Shown: one piece after another, positions 57,588 through 64,000 of the stretch
Layout of the letters: each line of letters opens with the position of its first letter
Numbering within the stretch: the stretch's first letter is position 1
Assembly: GCF_000737315.1 (NCBI RefSeq)
Contig: NZ_JMCB01000001.1
Location: 744,001 to 808,000, forward strand
Length of the DNA stretch: 64,000 bases
Source: Hyalangium minutum
GTDB taxonomy: Bacteria; Myxococcota; Myxococcia; Myxococcales; Myxococcaceae
Direction of reading: 5' to 3'
The notes under the pieces: model-generated
What the model was told of the DNA's origin: nothing
What the model saw: the letters and a program-made list of their open reading frames with translations, nothing else
The model's database searches: none
Program-made: the position numbers and the translations under genes

Positions 57588-59177
57588 CTACCGCTTGGAG
57601 AAGCCGAGTTGCTTCAGTGCCTCGCGAGACACGTGCTGAACGTGGGAGTCCGGATCCTTCGCGGCCGCCTGGCTCAGGGCAGCGATGGCGAACGGGCCGC
57701 CCAGCACCCCGAGTGTCTGTGCGGCCACCACCCGGACTGCGGGGACAGGATCCTTTCCGAGACACTCCGAGAGCGCCTTGACGTGCCGGTCCTTGCCGAG
57801 CCGCTCGAGCGCCTGGGCCGAAGCCTGACGCACCTCGTCATGAGCGGACCCGAGCTGCTCCGCGATGGCATCCGCCAGTCCCGTCTGGTGCCTGTGGGCC
57901 GCAGTCTCGATGGCCGCGACGACGACTTCAGGAGCGGCATCCTGCAGCCCCCTCTTCAGGGACTCACTGAGTTCCTCCCCCGAGGCGCCAGAGAGCGCAC
58001 GCAACGCGCCAGCACGCAGCGGGGGCTGGGGCTCGTTGAGGAACGGCAGCACCCGCTTGCTGCGCTCCTGGTTCCAGGAAGCACACTCGGGAAGCTGGGC
58101 AAGCGCCTCTCCCCGGAGGGAGACGGGCTGCTTGAGGTCTTCCGCCACAGCCAACAACGATGCCTGGCAGTTCTTCTCCCGTGCCAGGACCGCCAGCCAT
58201 GGCCTCTGGGCCACCAGGTCACCGCCTGCCTGCAACCGCTTCCCCGCCGCCTCCAGCATCGAGAGTCCCTCGGCCAAGGCGAGCCCGCGCGCAGCAGACT
58301 CCTGCACTCGCGGATCAGGGTCCCGAAGGGCCTGCTCCAGCTCGCGCTGGGCCAGTGGACCGTAGAGCCGCAGCTTGAATACCGCCGTGCGCCGCTTCTC
58401 CGAGTCCCCCGAGGTGAGTTCCGGCTGCAGAGACTGAAGTTCCTGGGAGTAGACGGCAAAGAGCCGGTTGACGCGCTCGCGGTCCGCCGGCTGGGCCACC
58501 TCCACGAGCATCCGCCCCACCGAGAGGGACTTGAGCTCGGCCAGCTCTCGCAGGGCAGCAGCCGCGGTCGCATCCGCGGACTCTGGGCGCCCCTCCATGG
58601 CATCCACCACGGCCCGTGCCGGGGGAACTTTCAAAAAGGTGGCGAGGTGAGAGAGCGCCCGCTGCCGCGTGGAGGTGTCCTCGGAGTACAGCTCCACCTC
58701 CAAGGCTTCACGAATGGCCTCTTTCCGAGCCTGCACACGCGCCGCCGCAGCAGCGCCCTTCTCCCCCGCCTTCTGGAGGAACACCGAGGGGGTATTGCCC
58801 GCCTCGGCGGCGGCTCGGGCAGCAGTCAGGCAGGCAGGCAAATCCGATGACGCCTGGAGTCCCGTGACCCACTCCGCCAGGGCCCGGGGCTCGGACACCT
58901 TGCGCACCTTGGCGCTGGCTCGCACCGCTGCCCAGCGCACCCGCCAGTCCTCATCCGCCAGAGCCGACTTCAGTGAACTTTCGGGTACCGGCTTCGCCTC
59001 CGCCAGCGCCAGCACCCACTCATGGCTGCCCCCCTCTGTCAGGCACAGCCGACACACCTTGGCCCGAAGGGAGGCATCCTGCACGTGCCGCTGGCAGGCC
59101 TTCCAACAACCCGTGGTCCCTGCTTCCCCACGGGGGCTGGTCGAGAGCAGGAGCATCACAAGCAGAGCGGAAGTCAC
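57588..59177 (-). CDS. HEAT-repeat protein, probably exported
   Basis: Hydrophobic N-terminus, Cys cluster CWKAC..C..C, multiple VRxxAAxAL HEAT units. Confidence 0.75.
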   Translation of the reverse strand: MTSALLVMLLLSTSPRGEAGTTGCWKACQRHVQDASLRAKVCRLCLTEGGSHEWVLALAEAKPVPESSLKSALADEDWRVRWAAVRASAKVRKVSEPRALAEWVTGLQASSDLPACLTAARAAAEAGNTPSVFLQKAGEKGAAAAARVQARKEAIREALEVELYSEDTSTRQRALSHLATFLKVPPARAVVDAMEGRPESADATAAAALRELAELKSLSVGRMLVEVAQPADRERVNRLFAVYSQELQSLQPELTSGDSEKRRTAVFKLRLYGPLAQRELEQALRDPDPRVQESAARGLALAEGLSMLEAAGKRLQAGGDLVAQRPWLAVLAREKNCQASLLAVAEDLKQPVSLRGEALAQLPECASWNQERSKRVLPFLNEPQPPLRAGALRALSGASGEELSESLKRGLQDAAPEVVVAAIETAAHRHQTGLADAIAEQLGSAHDEVRQASAQALERLGKDRHVKALSECLGKDPVPAVRVVAAQTLGVLGGPFAIAALSQAAAKDPDSHVQHVSREALKQLGFSKR

Positions 59178-59303
59178 GGGCCCCCTACTTTAGTCCATCG
59201 CCTGGACGCTTTTTGCCGGGCCTTCTTGCGTTTTGCCTCCCGCTGCGCCATATCCGCTGCCCTTTTCACGACTTTTGACGCATAGCGGAAGGAGGTGACT
59301 GCA

Positions 59304-59498
59304 TTGCCCGGTATTCGAGTCAAGGAGGGTGAGTCCATCGAGAGCGCCCTCAAGCGTTTCAAGAAGGCCACCGAGAAAGCGGGAATCCTCTCCGAGATCC
59401 GCAAGCGCGAGCACTACGAGAAGCCTTCCGTGAAGCGGAAGAAGAAGGCCCTCGCGGCCAAGAAGCGCGCGGTGAAGAAGGCGCGCAAGTCGTTCTAG
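59304..59498 (+). CDS. rpsU: 30S ribosomal protein S21
   Basis: [18 protein letters not shown] and [23 protein letters not shown] favours a TTG start at 59304. Confidence 0.96.
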   Translation: MPGIRVKEGESIESALKRFKKATEKAGILSEIRKREHYEKPSVKRKKKALAAKKRAVKKARKSF

Positions 59499-59594
59499 TC
59501 CGCGCCCGTGTGAGCCGGGGCGCTCTGCCCGTCAGTCGCCCTGGCTCCCGAACGTCGTCGCCCCTCCCACCTCTATCTGGATGGAGTCTCTGCC

Positions 59595-60056
59595 ATGCCC
59601 ACCCTCAAAGAGCGCATCGACGCGGACCTCAAGGACGCGATGCGGTCCAAGAACGAGCTGACCCTCAGCGTCCTCCGGATGCTCAAGAGCGCCGTCAAGT
59701 ACAAGGAAGTGGAGCCGGGAGCCTCCGCCCTCGACGACGCCGGCATCGAGAAGGTCATCGCCGGCCTCATCAAGCAGCGCCGTGACTCCGTCGATCAGTA
59801 CAAGTCCGGCGGCCGCGATGATCTCGCCAAGAAGGAAGAGGATGAGATCTCCATCCTCCAGAACTACCTCCCCAAGCAGCTGTCCGCCGACGAGCTGCGC
59901 ACCGAAGTCGCCGCCGCCATCGCCGCCGTGGGCGCCAAGAGCGCCAAGGACATGGGCGCCGTCATGAAGGCCGTCCAGCCCAAGATCCAGGGCCGCGCCG
60001 AAGGCCGCGCCGTCTCCGAGGAAGTCAAAGCCCAGCTGGCCAAGCTGTCCTCCTGA
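59595..60056 (+). CDS. GatB/YqeY domain protein
   Basis: LKDAMRSK, LIKQRRDS, YLPKQLS and DMGAVMK. Confidence 0.92.
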   Translation: MPTLKERIDADLKDAMRSKNELTLSVLRMLKSAVKYKEVEPGASALDDAGIEKVIAGLIKQRRDSVDQYKSGGRDDLAKKEEDEISILQNYLPKQLSADELRTEVAAAIAAVGAKSAKDMGAVMKAVQPKIQGRAEGRAVSEEVKAQLAKLSS

Positions 60057-60395
60057 TCAGCCCTTGATCAGGGTCTGCTCCGCAGCTCCCGCCCCACTCT
60101 CGGGCCGGGAGCTTGCCCTCGGGCCGTTCCAACGTTAAGGGCTACTCCCAGCCGGCCTTGCCGCGCCCACCCACCTGGGCGGCGCTGATCCGGTGGGAGG
60201 AGCCGTACCCGTGCCTACCCCGCTGGAGCAGACCTGCCAGGAGCCGTGCCGGCACGGGCCCTTCCTCCCCCCCCCGCTTCCCTCCCTGAACGGAAGGGCT
60301 ACATTCAGGGGGGCCCTGGGCCCATGCACTCAACCCTGGACGTCGGAGCCGTGGGGCATGCTCTGCGGAACTCCCCAAGCCGAGGGTCAGGCCAC

Positions 60396-62210
60396 GTGAT
60401 CCCTGAGCACAAGATCGAAGAAATCCTCGAGCGGGTGGACCTCGTCAGCCTCATCTCCCGCCACGTGGAACTCAAGAAGGCCGGGCGCGAGTACAAGGGC
60501 CGCTGCCCGTTCCACCAGGAGAAGACGCCCTCCTTCTACGTCGTCCCGGAGAAGCGCTTCTACTTCTGCCATGGCTGCCGGGCCAGCGGTGACGCCGTCT
60601 CGTTCGTCCAGCGCTACCTCGGGAAAACCTTCGTGGACGCAGTGAAAGACCTCGCTCGCGAGGTGGGCGTCGACATCGAGGCCGCCCAGGATCCCACCTC
60701 CCGAGAGCGCCAGCAGATCAAGGAAGCCACGGATCTGGCCGCCGAGCACTTCCGCTCCCTGCTCTGGCAGGACGAGGGCCGAGCCGCCCGCACCTACCTG
60801 GCCAACCGCGGCGTCTCCGAGGAGACCGCCCACGCCTTCGGGCTCGGCTGGACTCCCAACGCCTGGAGCCTGCTGGCCGACAAGCTCACCCGTTCGGGCA
60901 TGACCGAGTGGGCCGTGAAGGCCGGCCTCGTCCAGCGCCGCAACAACGGGGACGGCTACTACGACTTCTTCCGCAGCCGGCTGATGATCCCCATCCGCGC
61001 CCCCGAGGGCCGCCCCATCGCCTTCGGCGGCCGCCTCATGGGCGCCGAGGAGGGCCCCAAGTACCTCAACTCCAAGGAGTCCCTCCTCTACAACAAGAGC
61101 GACACGCTCTACGGCATGGAGCAGGCCCGCGACGAGATCCGCCGCCGCAAGGCCGCCATCCTCGTGGAGGGCTACTTCGACTGCATCGGCCTGCACCAGG
61201 TGGGCGTCCGCCACGCGGTGGCCCTCTGCTCCACCGCCATCACCCCCGGCCACCTCCAGCTGCTGCGCCGCGCCGAGGCCACGCAGCTTGTCCTCTTGCT
61301 GGACGGAGATCAGGCAGGCCTTGCCGCCGTCGAGCGGCTTGCCGGTCCCTTGCTTGCTGCCGGAGCAGCCGCCCGCGTCGCTCTTTTGCCGCAAGGGGAT
61401 GATCCGGATACCTTCGCACGTCGTGAAGGTTCAGACGGAGTGGAGCGGCTCATCCACAGCGCGCAGCCGCTCACCTCTCACATCTTCGCCAGCGTCCTCC
61501 CGCAGGGCGCCCAGGCGAGCTTCGAGGAGAAGATGGCAGCGCTCGAGCGGCTGAAGCCCATGGCAGCCCAACTGCCCCTGGGATTGGTGCGCTCGGCGTT
61601 CCTCAACGCCGTGGGCGCTCACTTCGGCCTGCCCGCCGGGGACCTCGAGAGTGCCCTGCGCCCCGCCAAGCCCGCGCCCAAGCCCGTTCAGCCTCCCGCA
61701 GCCAGTGCCCAACGCCCTGCCGCCGCGCCCCGCCCTGCTCCCGTCCGCCCTCCAGACACCATGGAGGCCCTCTACGTCGCCGCCGCCCTGCGCGAGCCGC
61801 GCCTCGTCACCCGGGACTCCTTCCGGATATGTGACGAATTGTCCCACACCGGCCTTCGAATGGTGCTGGCCCAGGCCACCTCAGGCCAGGGTACCGAGGA
61901 CGCCCTGTTTGATGCGGCTGAACCGGTGAAGCGCGCCATCGAGGTGGCCCTGCGACAGCTCCCTGAAGGCGGGGCTGCGCTGGAGACTTTCTTCCTCACC
62001 GTTTGCCGAAAGCTCATGCTGCGGCGGATCGACGAGCAGCTTAACTATATTGAGAAGGCCACCAAGCAGGCTCCAGGCGCCTATGACCTCACGGAAGAGA
62101 CGCGGCGGCTGCTGGCGCAGCGTATCGAGCTCCTGGCGCTGAAGAAGCGCGTCCAGGATGAACTCCGCCCCTCGGTGCCGGGAACAAAGGCACCAATGCA
62201 ACCGGTTTGA
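60396..62210 (+). CDS. dnaG: DNA primase
   Basis: [15 protein letters not shown] zinc finger, [34 protein letters not shown] and DPD. Confidence 0.95.
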   Translation: MIPEHKIEEILERVDLVSLISRHVELKKAGREYKGRCPFHQEKTPSFYVVPEKRFYFCHGCRASGDAVSFVQRYLGKTFVDAVKDLAREVGVDIEAAQDPTSRERQQIKEATDLAAEHFRSLLWQDEGRAARTYLANRGVSEETAHAFGLGWTPNAWSLLADKLTRSGMTEWAVKAGLVQRRNNGDGYYDFFRSRLMIPIRAPEGRPIAFGGRLMGAEEGPKYLNSKESLLYNKSDTLYGMEQARDEIRRRKAAILVEGYFDCIGLHQVGVRHAVALCSTAITPGHLQLLRRAEATQLVLLLDGDQAGLAAVERLAGPLLAAGAAARVALLPQGDDPDTFARREGSDGVERLIHSAQPLTSHIFASVLPQGAQASFEEKMAALERLKPMAAQLPLGLVRSAFLNAVGAHFGLPAGDLESALRPAKPAPKPVQPPAASAQRPAAAPRPAPVRPPDTMEALYVAAALREPRLVTRDSFRICDELSHTGLRMVLAQATSGQGTEDALFDAAEPVKRAIEVALRQLPEGGAALETFFLTVCRKLMLRRIDEQLNYIEKATKQAPGAYDLTEETRRLLAQRIELLALKKRVQDELRPSVPGTKAPMQPV

Positions 62211-62218
62211 GTTCGCGT

Positions 62219-62248
62219 TTGTAACTATCCTGCACTTTGCGGTAGATC
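62219..62248 (+). promoter_or_regulatory. Possible internal rpoD promoter TTGTAA-18-TAGATC
   Basis: Seen in the dnaG-rpoD gap. Confidence 0.4.
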
Positions 62249-62298
62249 GGCCGGCTCGCTCCAGGCCAAGCACCTGTTTTTCAAGGAGAAGTACCCGA

Positions 62299-64000
<1,702 letters not shown>

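Noticed and set aside
60071-60235. Assignment as 6S, SRP or tmRNA
   Set aside because: No SRP GGAA-tetraloop/AGCAG motif, no tRNA-like ends or tag ORF, and a branched rather than rod-like fold. Kept only as an unassigned candidate.
60246-60395. 50-aa N-terminal extension of DnaG
   Set aside because: It has no SD and is low-complexity. The primase consensus starts at GTG 60396 ([11 protein letters not shown]).

Overview
GC-rich myxobacterial chromosomal window (Cystobacterineae-like, e.g. Archangiaceae/Myxococcaceae). From recalled M. xanthus gene order, it looks syntenic with the che3 to crdS to sigA region. From left to right it holds: a partial 3-hydroxyacyl-CoA dehydrogenase, an M1 aminopeptidase, an ABA4-like protein, an orphan DpnA-like DNA methyltransferase, rpmE, a secreted UshA-like protein, a CpoB-like TPR lipoprotein, and a complete Che3-type chemosensory operon (crdB, 2 CheW, 2 MCP, CheA-REC, CheB, CheR) with the sigma54 activator CrdA. 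An accessory block follows (SRAP, subtilase, dGTPase, small OmpA, GH31, LodB/GoxA-like pair, BBE-like oxidase, cholesterol-oxidase-like GMC enzyme, xth). After it come the TPR-PBP1A-FG-GAP-SBP-CrdS envelope cluster, several conserved myxobacterial genes and rpsU-yqeY-dnaG-rpoD (partial). The main hidden feature is that the ORF track splits one gene (5115..6230, minus strand) at an in-frame TGA in a P-C-G-[TGA] motif. A perfect 8-bp hairpin with a GGUCUG loop starts 10 nt after that TGA, so this is a strong candidate for a secreted selenoprotein with a bacterial SECIS. No rRNA, tRNA, CRISPR array or transposase was recognised. All family assignments come from motif recognition by eye, not database searches.
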